Positions 13,802-27,649 of a DNA stretch of 64,000 bases are shown one piece after another. Origin of the DNA: Aplysia californica (taxonomy: Eukaryota); contig NW_004797469.1 in assembly GCF_000002075.1 (NCBI RefSeq), forward strand, positions 757,229 to 821,228. The letters are read 5' to 3'. The translations under genes and the position numbers were made by a program. The notes beneath the pieces are model-generated. The model had not been told where the DNA came from. It saw only the letters and a program-made list of their open reading frames with translations, and made no database searches. Every line of letters starts with the position of its first letter. The first letter of the stretch is position 1.

Positions 13802-14963
13802 CAAATATTGATTGATAACAAGTCTGCATTCTTTAATTGTTTGCACTTTCTTCGTTTTGAACTGTGGGCATTAGGGAGAAAGTGTCAAGTTACATCCTTT
13901 TTCTTTACATGGGTACTTGTACAGCTAGTGCTTTAAAAAAAACTCACAGCCTGATGGAATCTGGGTTTTTTTTCTCTTAGATGTTGACTAAAGTTGGTCT
14001 ATTCTCCCTCTATTAAATTGCACAACTGGTGGATCCTACTACTTTACTTTTCCTCTGTTATTTCTGTTCTGTCTTGCTCTTTCCCAACGCTAAATGACCA
14101 TTTTTGTGTTGATGTGCTTCTTTTTACTCAATCTGAAACTTTGTGTTTGATGTCTTAGCTCCCATTTCAATTTTTGATTTTGAGTTGGACAAAGGTGTGA
14201 GAACCCCAGACTTGAATTATTCTTTTTTTCCCTCCTTAATGGGATTAAGCATTTCAATTGCAGGCCTACTCCACTATCCTATCAAAGACTAGAAGACTGT
14301 CCCAGGCCTGGGAGTGAAGGGGTGAACTTTCTGACCTTGCTCGTGCACATATGGAATTCTTTCATTATTTCTTTTTTAAAAATCTTTTAACCCTTTCGTT
14401 GCCAGGGGGTGTGCATTCCTACTGTTAATACTGATTTTTAGTTAAGCTATATTAGCATTCATATGTTCAGTGTTAATGGACTTGTGTCTAGATTTAGCCC
14501 ATATTTGACATAATAATTCAGACCCCAAGCCTTCGATAGTGTCACTTTCACTTAATCCTTATTTCCTATATTTCCCAATTTACTTGAAATTTTAAAATCC
14601 TGATATCGTAGGTTAAAAAATAAAATTTGCTGCCTTTTCATTGTTATTTTGGTGTATGAATATTTTGCGAGAGCACAGGTTTGTCTGTAAGACTAGACCG
14701 AGGTTAATCTATCGCTTGCAAGCCTGTGATGGTAAATTAGTATCATCGAATTTTGTACCGATATGTGCATTTTTTATTCCCAAATACGAATCCATGCTGT
14801 GCTAGTGGCTTAATCTCTGTACTGAAGAATTTAACAGTGGGGTGATCCGTATGTCGTCTGTGGTATGGTACAAAGCTAAAAATAACACATTTTTGTGACG
14901 TACCATGAATGTCATAAGGCAGTCATGAATGTCATGTCAATAATGAAAAGGAAAAATTAATAA

Positions 14964-15206
<243 letters not shown>

Positions 15207-15771
15207 TTATGCAGGCTACTTTGTGGCAAGGTACTGAATGGAGTGGCAAGGGGAGAATACAAGCATATCTGTGGTATCTGAATTATTTCATGTTTTATGC
15301 ATGTTTATGTAAGAACATGTTGCTTAGTAGCTGTAAGTTGTAGAGGCCTCATTTTTGGCTATGACTGTATTAATATGTGTTGTCAAGTTTGTGTGGAAAA
15401 TCTGCATGGTCTCCTTCAGTCTACCGCATATGTAGTACAAGAATTGACATTTATCTTTCTCATTGTTAAGTTAAGTCTATTGTACTGAGTTATACATGGG
15501 GGGGGGGAGGTCAGATGATACTCCAATGTGAAATGCTTTTTTATTCCTAGGTAATTGAAGAACTTTGGGCACAAAGTAATTTAGTGACTAAGATAGCTCC
15601 TAACCATTATTTCACATGAAGCTGGCAAAGGGTTGAGCTGTGTGTGCTTAGTTAGAGGTGACTGTGGTTTCAGATTTGTCCTCAGAGTAAACCGTATTCT
15701 CATCTAGCCCTATACAACACTGGCGATAAATGTTTTGTCAACGCTTAGTAAAAATGGCGTATTACAGCAAA

Positions 15772-16152
15772 CCTACTCCCCCCGGGGCAGTGCCACTGAC
15801 TGAAGTGTCTTTAGGCCATTCCCAAAGGGGGACATTTCTTGTTCAAGCATAGTAGAATTGTAAATGGGCTGAATCATGTCACGCTCATAACTGTGCCTGA
15901 TCTACAACATGGAACTGCTGTTTTTTCTTTCCTGATCCTTACTATTGTCATTTTCCTCTACTTCTTTTGTATGTTTGTCACTCTCTTGTGACTACTATTT
16001 GTGATAGTCGAAGCAGACCTTGTGCTGTTGAAGCTAGAGAGGTGAGCAGAATAAGTCTGATTCCCTGTAAAGACTTCTCTGTTGACACCCACCCCTTGGC
16101 GCTCATATGACCTTATGCAGTTGCGAGCGCTGTAAAACCCTCTACTAAAAAA
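15772..16152 (+). mobile_element. Short retroposon family B (no Pol III head; hairpin tail + poly-A)
   Basis: Closely similar to 56029-56424 and partially to about 2095-2318; ends ggcgctcatatgaccttatgcagttgcgagcgctgtaaaaccctctact(a)n. Confidence 0.8.
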
Positions 16153-16475
16153 AAATTTTTTTTAACGATGGTATTGTAAGAGAAACATAGTTACATCAAG
16201 TAAGGCCTGACTACAAGCTTGAAGTGCGAAGGGAATTTTTTTTCATGCAGGGTTCTTGATTCCCTTTCTGGTTATTCATTGCACGTGGCTGAATTTTTAT
16301 GCATGATTTTTTTGTTTGTAAAGTTGGTTCCCCCCACTCCCATGAATACATTGGGCAGAAGTCATGAGTGTGTGGTTTTGGTGTGTGTGTGACGCACGCA
16401 CGTTTTTATGTCACCCTGCTATTCCCTGGGCACGACTGAACTGTAGAGGTGTGGGTTTGGCGAGTGTGTGTTTTA

Positions 16476-17066
16476 TGTGATGCACTCTGCAAAAATTGGA
16501 AATGTGTCTGCAAAAAACATGGATCATCTTAGAGTTCACAACATCTTATGTCTATTCTACTGAAGTCAAAAACTGAAATAACGTTTATAAATATTTTGTT
16601 ATTTATTTCTGACACTTTTTAAAAATTTCAAGCAAAATGCACATTTTCATCTAAAATCTAGTCATAATTAAACTTAATTTTGATCGCCAAGACTTAAAAA
16701 TAAACTAACGGGTTTTTTTTGGTATAAATTTTTGTTCTCTTTTTTGTTGGTTCTCAGTGCTCACAATTTGGAAGATTTTGTTCGGTCTTTTAAGTACTCT
16801 CTAAAACTTGATGTGCTAGAGGTTAAAGTACGATTCAAGACTGATTTTAAGACAAACAGTTTTATAAACAAGTTGAAAATTTGAACCCCTTTTTGTCAGT
16901 TGATAGTTATTTCAACATTTTAAATTTCTTTTCACTCTGTTCTAGATCAGATATCTTGGAAATTTAAACTGCAGAATGCTCAACAGTCCTTGCAATTAGA
17001 CTAGTAAAGAGTCAAATGTGGAGATGATGGCATGGCACATTTCTAATTCTTGCGGATTGTGTCACA
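16476..17066. mobile_element. MITE with about 30-bp TIRs and TA TSD
   Basis: TA|tgtgatgcactctgcaaaaattggaaatgtg ... cacatttctaattcttgcggattgtgtcaca|TA. Confidence 0.75.
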
Positions 17067-17325
17067 TATATAATCATGTCTATCATCTATTCATTACTGC
17101 AACATGAGTGGGTGTGCTTAGGGTGTGTGTGTTTTATCGTACCTCGCTGTGTGATGAGTCATGGCTATGTGACAATTGTTAAACTAAGGTTCATAGTTTC
17201 CAGCTTGATATTTTTAGGATTGATTGAATCTGTGTATTTGATTAGAAAATGATACTTATGGTTTTTTTATGCTTTGAAATGCATAGTCATGTACATTGAT
17301 AATAACTTATTAGTTTCATTTTGTA

Positions 17326-17331
17326 AATAAA
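17326..17331 (+). promoter_or_regulatory. Candidate KAT5 polyadenylation signal
   Basis: AATAAA followed about 30 nt later by a GT-rich tract; implies a 3'UTR of about 2.1 kb. Confidence 0.4.
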
Positions 17332-17855
17332 GAATCTGAAATGAAATGTCAGCTGCAAGTGTTGGTGGTGTTATCTTTTTCCAGGGTGATAGTATGGGCA
17401 TCTGTACTGTCAGTGGTCGGTGTGATATCTTTGTGAGTCATTCCGATTTGCTGATCTTAGAAAATGACGCTTGAACTACTTTTTTTTAGACTCTATGGCA
17501 CGAATTATAAAGACTGCGATATGTGGTGCTTAGGCTAGCATCTGTGCTTGGCCATACATAATGATAGCCCGGGGCACACAAGCAATCTAAGTCGGGAGAC
17601 ACTTTTTACTATAACCTCAGAAAAAAGTAACTGTCCATAGATTTCTGGCCTAGTTTTGAGGACAATCGTGCTACATTAATAATCCTGAAAATTATTTTAG
17701 CTTATTCAAAGATGAAACGGTATGTAAGAGTAAGACTAGTTTTTGAACGAAACGGCAATTTATACCCAAACAACTCACGACAAGAAGACCACCTCCCAAA
17801 AAACGCAAAAAACATGTTTTGAGGAAAATTTCATGTATTGCTTTAGAGCGTGATT

Positions 17856-18020
17856 TCAATAATGAGTATGCCCGCCTTGTGCAGCAATAATAACCAGGCA
17901 TCTTCGTCTCACTGAGCTAATTATTTGTTGAATCTTGATTTGAGGCATGTCGGTCCACTCCTCCTGCAAAGCTTGTTCCAATTCATGAAGATTTCTTGGG
18001 TGTACTGGCCTTTTAGTCTT
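17856..18020 (-). mobile_element. Tc1 transposase C-terminal relic
   Basis: ELEQALQEEWTDMPQIKIQQIISSVRRRCLVIIAAQGGHTHY*, matching the Tc1 C-terminal pattern. Confidence 0.8.
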
Positions 18021-18034
18021 CAATCCAGTTCATC

Positions 18035-19130
18035 CCGCTCTGGGGGCTTTCCGCACTTCTCCGGTGGAGAGCCTCCAGGCCAAGGTAAACATACCATCAT
18101 TCGCACTCAGACGCACACGACTCTCACTTCAATATGCAATTAAACAGCTCAACACCAGAGAACCCAGCACATGACTGCATTTTGAAAACAAAACCAGACA
18201 CCATAAACAAATTCGAAAAAGACGAAAAACTCATCAAACCCTTCGGCCTCAGAGTCTGTGGGGACCTTAAAAACATACACTTTTCCAAACAAGACATCCA
18301 ACAATTTCTTTTCCCCGACCTCTCTCCGTGGCACCTCACCAAGGCAAAAGTAGACTTACAGCTGACCACACACAACAAAGCAAGCACAAACACCAAAACA
18401 TTTAAAATAGAATACATGTCACAAAAAAGTTATACAAAAATACCCCGACTTCAGAGGGCTCTAAATCGGACTCTGCAGTGGGCGCCCTTGCCCTATCCTC
18501 AAACTGTATACATGTACACTGGAGGAGACTCCATCCCGAAGACTCCATTTTTTCTGAGGAGGCCACTGCCTTTGACATGGCACTGGACTTTGTAGGAAAT
18601 AAATTCTGCTAACGAATCTTTCCTTATCCTATCTGACTCTCTGTCTTGCATCACCTCACTTACAAACTACACACTCTTACACCCAAAAATAGTTAGGTTA
18701 CAACAAAAATACACGCTTTGGCTGAAACCAGGCTAACTGGCCATGTGGGCATCCGAGGAAACGAGCAAGTGGACCTCCTGGCGAAGGAATCCTCGTCCCT
18801 TCTGTTTGGATCAACGACGAACACTCTCCCACAGACGGACTTTAAAAATAAAGTAAAAAACTACACCTCCAGCCTGTGGGAGACTCATTGAAAAAAAAAC
18901 ACCCAAGAAAACAATCAATTACACAAGCGAAAACCTTCGGGCCTCTCCAGAAAAGACAAGTCCTTTTTGCTCGATTACGCTTCGGACGCACGTCCCTAAC
19001 ACGTAAATATCTCCTTCAGGAAGATGAGAAGCCGTTCTGTGTTGGATGTGACACAGATTTCTACCATTAGACACATTTTAACAGAATGTCTAGACTTCGG
19101 GGAGATCCGAAGGAAATACAGTATAATCCA
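18035..19130 (+). mobile_element. Degraded I-group LINE 3' part (RNase H)
   Basis: ALGAFRTSPVESLQ, GHVGIRGNEQVD and FCVGCD...RHILTEC; related to 3793-6288. Confidence 0.8.
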
Positions 19131-19149
19131 CTGGTATCGAAAGCCAATG

Positions 19150-19460
19150 AAATTTTGAATTTTGGCAGGGTGGCGGCCGAAGCCTCCTCTTGTCGATTTT
19201 GGATCACCAAGGGAACGTTAACGTTCGCAACCTGCACACGGGACCTCCGAGATTTTTTGCCCTTCAGAGAAGGCTAGATGTAAATCTTACCTACCATGAA
19301 ATCAGGGGTGTAGCTGAAAGACAGCAGTAAGGAGCTATGGAGTAGCAGTAGAAAGGCTGCAGAAAGAGTTCGGACCCCAGAGGATGGGGCAAAGGAGGTG
19401 AGGGAGTGAGGGCAGAAAGTTGAAAAAGGAAAGCAGACGACAGAAGTCGTGAGTTTGGGA
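19150..19460 (-). mobile_element. Partial SINE family A copy
   Basis: gggtggcggccgaagcc...gctgaaagacagcagtaag...aaagcagacgacagaa shared with 9657-10160. Confidence 0.75.
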
Positions 19461-19499
19461 ACTTAACCAGTGGTCTAGATGCTTGACGTCCAGCTTGAC

Positions 19500-22400
19500 C
19501 GCGTACGATCGGTACAGGGATATGGTGGACAGTGGACATTGCTTCGGTATGAACCACCCTCGCACTGCTTGGAGGTCATGATGAGGCTCTCCTGACTGCA
19601 AGAGGCGTTGTCGGTTTCTGCAAAGAAACCCTCTCTTTGTATAGACGATGTAAGTATCTACTTGCTCTTTCACTTGAGCTGGTTCCCATGTACCGCTGTC
19701 ACTGTTCCGGTGCCTGATGAACTCCTGGGGTTTCAAGGTAGGGGGATGTTTTGTGAGTGACGGTTGTAGCATTTTGCGTGTTTTTGTTTCCTGTTTTTGA
19801 TCACGCAACTGCTAACGATCCTTTTGGTCCGGTTTGCAGAAGGAATAAGCGCCTCCAGCTTTCTTCCCATGAACATTTCAGCTGGAGAGGGTTGGTCTGT
19901 TTTGTCTGTTGCTCCGAAATTGAGGATGCGCAGACTGGCCATTGTCTTTTGCTTTTACGAGGATTTGTTTCACAGTATGCACTGTTCTCTCTGCAGAGCC
20001 ATTAGACCTTGGATACCGTGGACTGGATGTCGTATGTTCAATCTATTTCCATGAGTCTTTCAAGGGTCTTAAAATCTGTGGACGAGTAATGTGGTCCGTT
20101 GTCAGTTTTATGTTGTGTAATCCACGACAAGACGGTAGTTTTTTTCTTCCGAAGAAATAAGATCTGCCCCTACCTTTTCAAATGGTCTTTCTGGAATGGT
20201 GTGACTTTGTAATGGCTGTCTTTGATGATTTTTCTTATATTTCAGACATTTCGGGTATACCCCAACCAGTCTTTTAATGTCTCTAGATATTCCAGGCCAG
20301 TACACACTTTGGTGTGCTCTTTGCTAGGACATCTCTATGCCCATGTTTCCTTGGTGAATTTTTGATAAAATATATTTCTGAAAGGCCGCAAGTATTACAA
20401 TTTGTTGTCCTTAGAGAAGTAGCCTTTTGTAAAATACTAGTTCTTCCCTGAAGGTCCAAAATGGCTTAGCTGTTAAAGGCACTTTTAGATATGCTTTCAG
20501 GCCAAACTTTTTTTCTGAGACTTGAAAGTAGCGGGCACTGCTCATCTGCCAGCAAGAGGCGTTTTATTTCTTTCATCCGTTATTGTGAAGCTGCAGCTTG
20601 CTGCATCACCAGGTCAACAAATGTATTCATTTCTGTTTCCAAAATTTCTGGTTTTGTTTGTGTTGCTACAGCCCTGGACAGGTTACGCACCTGGTCCTTT
20701 CCTCTTTGTGGCTTCAGTTCGTGTATCCCACGTTGAGTGTTTGGAGCCTGAGCATAAATCGTTGTATTCTTGCTGGGCACTTGTCGTTCGCCTTATTTTT
20801 TATGGTGATGAGAGATTTATAATCAGTTTTCACTGTCACTTTTCTTCCGAAGATACACTGACGGAAACTTTCCATGGCAAATACTACACGTGTAAAAGCC
20901 AGCTTCTCTTTCTCTGTCATGGCATAGTTTACTTTTGCACTGGTCATACTCCTGGGTGGAAAGGCCACTAGTTTGTTGTCCTGGAGGAGAAATGCTCCCA
21001 GTCCGTCTTTACATGCGTCAGCTGACACGACCACAGGCTTGTTTGGGTCAAAGAATGCCACAGCTTGTCTTTTGGAGAGGATCTGTTTTATGTCATTCAC
21101 AGCTTTTCCGTGCTGGGAGAACCTTTGCAATTCTACATCTTTCTGTAGAAGCTGACGGAGTGGCGCAGTTTTTTCTGACATGTTAGGAATGTATTATTTA
21201 GTCAAATATGTTACCGCATGCTAAGAAATCGCATCAGATCTTGTCTATTCTTTGGTGCATGCATGTTTTTTTATGGCTGTCACCTTTGACATATTCGGAA
21301 GAATTTGCATTTTGTTTTGTTGAACTTCAGTCCGTTCTCTCTTGCTCTCTGCAAGACTTGGCGCAAGCGTTTACAATGTACTTCTGCTCCAGATACAGGG
21401 GTCATCTTCACAGCTCACAACTCATTTAATATCTCCCAAAAATATATTGCATTATTTTCTGGAAGACTTCTGGAGCTGACTTTATTCCGAATGGTAGACT
21501 AAGAAACTTGAATCTACCAAATGGTGTAGCAAATGTACAGAGCTCCGAGCTTTTGTGATCCATTGGTACCTGCCAGAAACCGCTTGAGTCATCAAGCTTT
21601 GTAAAGTATTTGGCACCTTTTTATCTCTTTTGTGACTTCTTCTAGTGTTTGCAACTGGTAGTGTTCCCTTTTTATGGCCTTGTTAAGCCTTTTTGCAATC
21701 AATGCAGACCTGGATGTCTCCAATAAATATTGGTTTCATTACCGTAATCATGGGGTTCACCCAGTCTGTCGGTTCTTCTAACTTTTTGATGACTCCGAGG
21801 ATCTGCATCCTTTCAAGTTCAACTTTCACCTTTGGCCACATCGCTAAGGAACTCGCCTAGTAGCAGCAACAACAGGAGTAACGTTGTGTTCCCCTTAATG
21901 TGATGTGTATCCTTGATGCAGCCCATCTCTCTGAAAATATCACTGTACTCTTTTAGTATTTTTGATAATTCTTGAGGACTTTCATGTCCTGTCTGTGGCT
22001 TCAGTTCGTGTATCTTTTGGGTGGTGTTCATTTCAGAACACGTTTGCAATCCCATTATTAATTGGGCATCGGGTGATGACGCCACCACGAAGTCCAAAGT
22101 CCACGTTGTCTATTTCCTTTATGGAAACGAGCGAGGCCACTCACTGGGATTTTATTCTCCGAGAATGATGTCAGTCTTACTTTTGATGAGACTACATGTC
22201 GGCCTACCAATGCATCAATTTGTTTTGCCTGTTGCTCTGAGATGACATTTACTTGAGCTCCTGTGTCCAGCTTGACTTTTATCTGCTGGCCTCTATAGTT
22301 GCGTTCAACGAACCAGTTTTCTTCCTCTTGTTTATGGTTATTTACTTACTGCACCTACAAAGAACTCTTCATCCCTTCGGATCTCATGGCACCTTTGTTC

Positions 22401-22780
22401 TTTTGTTTCTACTTTTTGCTGAACGATTTGTTTAACTCTGCACACTTTGGCAAAGTGATAGTTTTGTAGGGGATTTTTGTGCAAATGTTGCAGGTTTTTC
22501 CAAAAGCCCGATATGCTCTTCTTCCATGAACGTTTCCGCGTCTGTTGCAGTGAAAGGTTGGTGTCTCGACTTTCTTCAGTTTTCTTGGTGATCTTACGAA
22601 CTTCTTTGTCTTCACCTCATTCACTGCTTCTGCCTCCTCAGCCATTATGGTGAGCACTTTTCTGGATTCTTCATTCAGTGGTCAAATTTTAATAGACATT
22701 AAAGATTCAAGGGTGAGGTCTGAGGGCGTTCGTTCTTTTACCACCATTTTCTTATTTCCACGACAATACGGTCTCTGATC
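19500..22780 (-). mobile_element. Degenerate Ty3/Gypsy LTR retrotransposon internal region (gag-pol)
   Basis: Order: decayed Zn knuckles, protease KLDTGAQVN, RT FTKLDDSSGFWQV...TFATPFGR, RNase H SADACKDGLGA, integrase YWPGISRDI; many stops and frameshifts; LTRs not identified. Confidence 0.88.
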
Positions 22781-23238
22781 ATGTCTTGGGGTCTCTTGTT
22801 GTACTCTCATGACACTTATGACCATATGCAGTTGCAAGCGCCGTAGAACTCTTACTAAACTACACAAGTCCTGTCTGTACAAGAACTGTATAAACACTGT
22901 ATAAAGTCGGCCCTAGCCCAAATCATTCATTTCTTGGCTTTTAGACATACCATTCATGCATATTATATTCCTATCTGCGGTACGTTGTGCCTTATGCAAC
23001 AGGTGTTTGACATTTTTGGAGCAGTCCGGCAAAAGCTTATCTTGATGAACTCAGAATAGTATTAGGTAATACCTGTACGTATTACGTATTATAGTACATG
23101 CACGTGTATATTAAAATTTGTAATGTCAAGCTCCGTTCAATTGCTTCTGGGCTGTCGTGAAGACAGAAAGTCTCGACACTATGACGTCAACAAACGCACT
23201 AGGTGTGATTCTTCTTGGTGTGACATGTTTAACTTTGT

Positions 23239-23553
23239 NNNNNNNNNNNNNNNNNNNNNNNNNNNNNNNNNNNNNNNNNNNNNNNNNNNNNNNNNNNNNN
23301 NNNNNNNNNNNNNNNNNNNNNNNNNNNNNNNNNNNNNNNNNNNNNNNNNNNNNNNNNNNNNNNNNNNNNNNNNNNNNNNNNNNNNNNNNNNNNNNNNNNN
23401 NNNNNNNNNNNNNNNNNNNNNNNNNNNNNNNNNNNNNNNNNNNNNNNNNNNNNNNNNNNNNNNNNNNNNNNNNNNNNNNNNNNNNNNNNNNNNNNNNNNN
23501 NNNNNNNNNNNNNNNNNNNNNNNNNNNNNNNNNNNNNNNNNNNNNNNNNNNNN
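23239..23553. other. Assembly gap (further gaps at 23965-24116 and 32249-32348)
   Basis: N runs. Confidence 1.
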
Positions 23554-24189
23554 TACAGACACACACGCACCACACATACACACCACACACACACAGGCGA
23601 GCGCGAACAACCCACATTATGTATGTAATATACCTTGAGATTATACTCTAGATTCTTTATTTAAAATCATCTTTCTTTAATCTACTCTCCTTGTCCTTTC
23701 TGTTTCTTGGTGAAGTGTAATTTTTTTCAAATCCATTCAATGATTACAACTATTCTCCTTCAATAACGCTGATGAAATAGTCTTTTAGCTGCTTTTCTTT
23801 AAATAGTTAACGACATAGGCTAGTTATAAAAGACATAAGAATCTACGTTAATCCGAAAATTCTTCATGCCGTGTACGGTATAGGTATCACATATTACTAT
23901 CCTACCCATAAGTTCTCTGTGTATAGTCTTCACATACAGCCGGGCCGTACTTTAATTTAAAGTANNNNNNNNNNNNNNNNNNNNNNNNNNNNNNNNNNNN
24001 NNNNNNNNNNNNNNNNNNNNNNNNNNNNNNNNNNNNNNNNNNNNNNNNNNNNNNNNNNNNNNNNNNNNNNNNNNNNNNNNNNNNNNNNNNNNNNNNNNNN
24101 NNNNNNNNNNNNNNNNAGCCGCACCGTACCTTACAGTTCAGCCTTTACATCGTGCTGTACACATAGGCCTCTTTCTTACATCAACACAG

Positions 24190-24265
24190 GCCCAAAGAAA
24201 CAGAATGTCGGAAATCAGTTGTGAGCCACCGACAGAGGTCACTGCCCTGCTAGACTTACTTTCAG
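24190..24265 (+). CDS. Candidate upstream exon of the ShKT-domain gene
   Basis: tctttcttacatcaacacag|GCC...TCA G|gtagg; open frame AQRNRMSEISCEPPTEVTALLDLLS; ends in phase 1. Confidence 0.35.
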
Positions 24266-24412
24266 GTAGGCCTGTATTTCTCAAAGGATTTTGTTTTACT
24301 TTCTTAAAAAAATAAGTCATAAAAAATGAGAAAAAAACAACAAAGATTAACAGGTGCTCAAATTAATGCTTTGGCACGCCGGCTTACACGCAGGCCCAAA
24401 TAGACACATTGT

Positions 24413-25469
24413 CTGCACCAGGGATACGCCAATTATCTGTATGAGGCATGTATTGGGCCTCATGTCAGTGGAAAACAGACACAAAGTGGCTCAGGTCAGG
24501 GCGTACATGAGGGTGGCGGCTGATAAGCAACACCCACTTCACGAAGCCATTGGAGCAATCAAGGGAAATCGCCTAAAACGAGGAGCTTCTTGGTGGCTGA
24601 GGCTGAAAAAACCATCAAGGAAGTCTGCCCACTGGAAGATATAAAGCGGGGTTAAGAATGGATAAAGATGCATGAGAGACAGCAGGGAGATTTTGGGAAG
24701 GTAGTGATTACGCTGAACAGAGAATGTAGAGAGTGGCCGCTTGGGGCGACAGATGCTGAGATACGACAATTGATAGAAGAAAACTCACGGCACGGAGATG
24801 TGGTTGTATACACGGATGGATCTGTTAAACGAGGGGGAAAATCTGGATGGGGCTTCTCAGCAAGAGTGAGTGGCAGATTGGTGCAGGAACAGCAGAGAGC
24901 ATACGATATGACAACATCTAGCATGAGAATGGAGATAGAGGCAATCACTCAGGCTTTCAAATGGGTCACAACAACTCGACAAGCACATGTGGTCTTTATC
25001 ACACTCTCAGAGCACTTTGAGGAAGATTGAAAGTGGGAACCTTAGAGCTGAAAGGACAGAGCTCCTGAAGAAGACAACACAGAAAAAGATCACGTTGATC
25101 TTCACCCCGGGCCATGCTGGAGTCAAGCGCAATGAGCAGGCTGATGAGCTCGCTGGGAAAGCAAAACCAGAAGGGAAGCTGTACCCTGACAAACCTGAAA
25201 TTGTACGTTCAGTCAAGGAAAAAAGAGAAAAAGAACAAGAGACGGAATACCATCATCTTGAGCGACTTTGTGAGCTTGAAATTGGATGGGGCGCCTGCAG
25301 AAGTTCAAGATTGAGTGGGAGGAGCAGAAGGCTATGGAATCAACCATTGCTTGGAACCGTCATCATCTACACACTTCGAGATGTGCTTCTTCAGGGGACG
25401 GAGTGCTAATGGGAATGCCCCTTGTGCAGTGATGTCGGTCCTTCACACAAGTAAACAAGCAAGTAAACA
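24413..25469 (+). mobile_element. 5'-truncated RNase H-containing LINE (I/Ingi-like)
   Basis: YTDGSVKRGGKSGWGF and PGHAGVKRNEQADELA; aagtaaac-repeat tail; 11-bp TSD agacacattgt at 24402 and 25470. Confidence 0.85.
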
Positions 25470-25514
25470 AGACACATTGTGTTAATCAGTGTTAAATTCT
25501 GGGGGTGCTCGACA

Positions 25515-25586
25515 GGCGCTCTGGTGTGGTTTCCTCCGGTTTGCTCCTTCCTTCCTATCAAACATCAATCGCCTTTATAGCTCCTT

Positions 25587-25670
<84 letters not shown>

Positions 25671-25790
25671 TCACGCGCGTGTGTGTTTGTTACACTCTCT
25701 TGTAACACCTAATCTTCGGCACTTACATGACCTAGAATCCTTGATATATAATCTAATTGTGTTCCAAGAGCTTAAAACTCTTACTAGTTT
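25515..25790 (+). mobile_element. Short retroposon family C with internal (GT)n expansion
   Basis: gctctggtgtggttt...cctatcaaacatc...ggcacttacatgacc; other copies at about 36225-36412(-), 41192-41320(+), 46328-46505(-) and 55818-55977(+). Confidence 0.75.
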
Positions 25791-25979
25791 TTTTAAAGTG
25801 TAAGACTCGGTCATACTTCACATTTTTAAATGGCGTACGTCACAATTTTACTTTAAGCATTTGATATACATGTAGCTGAAGAAATAAAACAAACTTTGGA
25901 AACTGGGATTTATGTAAAGACAATGTCGGAAGATTATATGCACGTATTTTATGCATGTGTTTAAACCTATGTGTGTTTG

Positions 25980-27640
25980 TACAGTAGCGGGACTGGAATA
26001 ATAAGCATGTGGGAGGCCTGGGGCCTGCTTGAAAGGGAGGCGCCCTTTCCAACTTCCCCTTTTGCATACACTTACACTGCAGACGAGTAACCTAAATCCT
26101 AATAATATACAATATAATATTAATATAAATAGAACACTTTAAGTTTGGAAATAGGAGTTTACCGAAGGGGGACTATTCTTCCAATGTTATAATAATATGT
26201 AGCGTATAAACACAAAATGAAAATAAATTGAACAAAAGTTGTTCTTACCAGATTTATATTTACACTGAGGAATTCAGTTAAATTTATATTTAATATTTCA
26301 TGAAAACTTATGGTATAACTAACAAGTAAAATATATCGCTCAAACAAGAGAATAGATGGAGTTAAAGCCATAGCAGCCCAGACACTTTTTTGATTTTCGT
26401 GCGGAAAAGTCACTGAAAAAAATGTCATTGAAGTCTCATTCACGCCGTATTATCTGACTTGATTCTCGTGATAGCCAGATTTACAAGTCGTTTGTGCTTC
26501 ACTGAAGCCCCTAATCGTTTCTCAATTAATTTGAATTTTGAGAAGGAGTGCTCATCACTTCAGTTTGATACTAGATCTACAGGTATCAGAATAAGATACA
26601 CTGTTTCAAAGTTTGGGAAAGTGTCCTGCACACTGCACAACCTTGTCTACAATAGGTCTGTACAAGAAAAGCATAGCGCTGATATCTTTTGGCTCCTCGT
26701 CTGGACAAACCTGGCGAGTTGCTCCGCTGAGGCCTGAGGCTTGTCTGAAGACAGTACTTTTAGAAGGCTAAAAAGGCTAAATTGGCTTGATATCTGTTTA
26801 TATGCTCGCATACGGTGGTCGAGAGAAGCGATACATTGACCAATAAAGGCACGAAATTTTCTGTTCTGTATTTTTCAGAAGGGCTGAGTTGTACTTCTTC
26901 CGCATGACTATGATCCAATGGGTTAAGACACATATTGCGGATTTTGGGTCGGGTTTGCGTCTGCACATAGTCTGTGCTGAACCAGACAGCTCTTCGCCTT
27001 GCTTCTCATTTGTGTTGAAGGATTTTTCAAGCTGGTCATTGACACCAGAGCAGAACATGTACCGGTATTTTGATCAAGTTTTGCTTGTTGGAGATTTTTA
27101 CTAGTAGAATCTGTTCTTGGTTATCTGTATCAACAGTCCTGTCTCACAGAGTACACACCCTTTTTCTTCACTGCACTCAGCAATTTTGTTCAGCACCTCC
27201 TTAATCTGCTGATAGTCATGCCTAAGTGCCACCGTTACGTCAGCTCTACAGGACCAACCGGTTGTTGTTACACGTTTGAGAGTCAATGATGAATCATTGT
27301 GTTTCAAAGACTCAGCCAGAAGTTGATGACGATACGTTAAAATTGTGAAGAAGACGAACAGCTTTTCAAGGAAGTAAAAAAAATTGTACAGCAGTCGAGT
27401 AATATTTTATTGCATTTTAACCAAGTTTAGAGAATGTTCTGTACAAGGAATTCAGGATGCAACACCGTTCTTCTCTCTCACTTTGGATTGTAGACCATTG
27501 TATTTACTACTCATTGCAGATGCGATGTTGTAGCTCTGTCCGCGACAGTTTCCCAGATCTAGATCAAGTATCTTCAACAATTTCATTGAGGCATTTGATA
27601 TCTCTTGAGCGTCCTGGCATTTGTTTGCTATGGATATTAT
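25980..27640 (-). mobile_element. hAT (ZMYM1/Charlie-like) transposase relic
   Basis: NCRGQSYNIASAMSSKYNGLQSKV (hAT GQxYDxAxxMSG motif) and TLKRVTTTGWSCRAD (TRW-like); heavily disrupted. Confidence 0.75.
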
Positions 27641-27649
27641 ATTACAAAG

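Noticed and set aside
14387-14950. TTAA|CCC piggyBac-like termini (also near 29179)
   Set aside because: Matching right ends and TSDs are too degenerate to call
22945-23065. AG/GT-bounded segment open except for one in-frame TGA (possible further exon or Sec codon of the ShKT gene)
   Set aside because: All three frames contain a stop, no SECIS or homology was seen, and its phase does not join 24190 directly
23123-23651. Long ORFs in the track
   Set aside because: Artefacts of the N gap
25140-25162. CTGATGA...GAAA hammerhead-like core
   Set aside because: Falls within the LINE RNase H coding sequence (ADELAGK); no supporting stems
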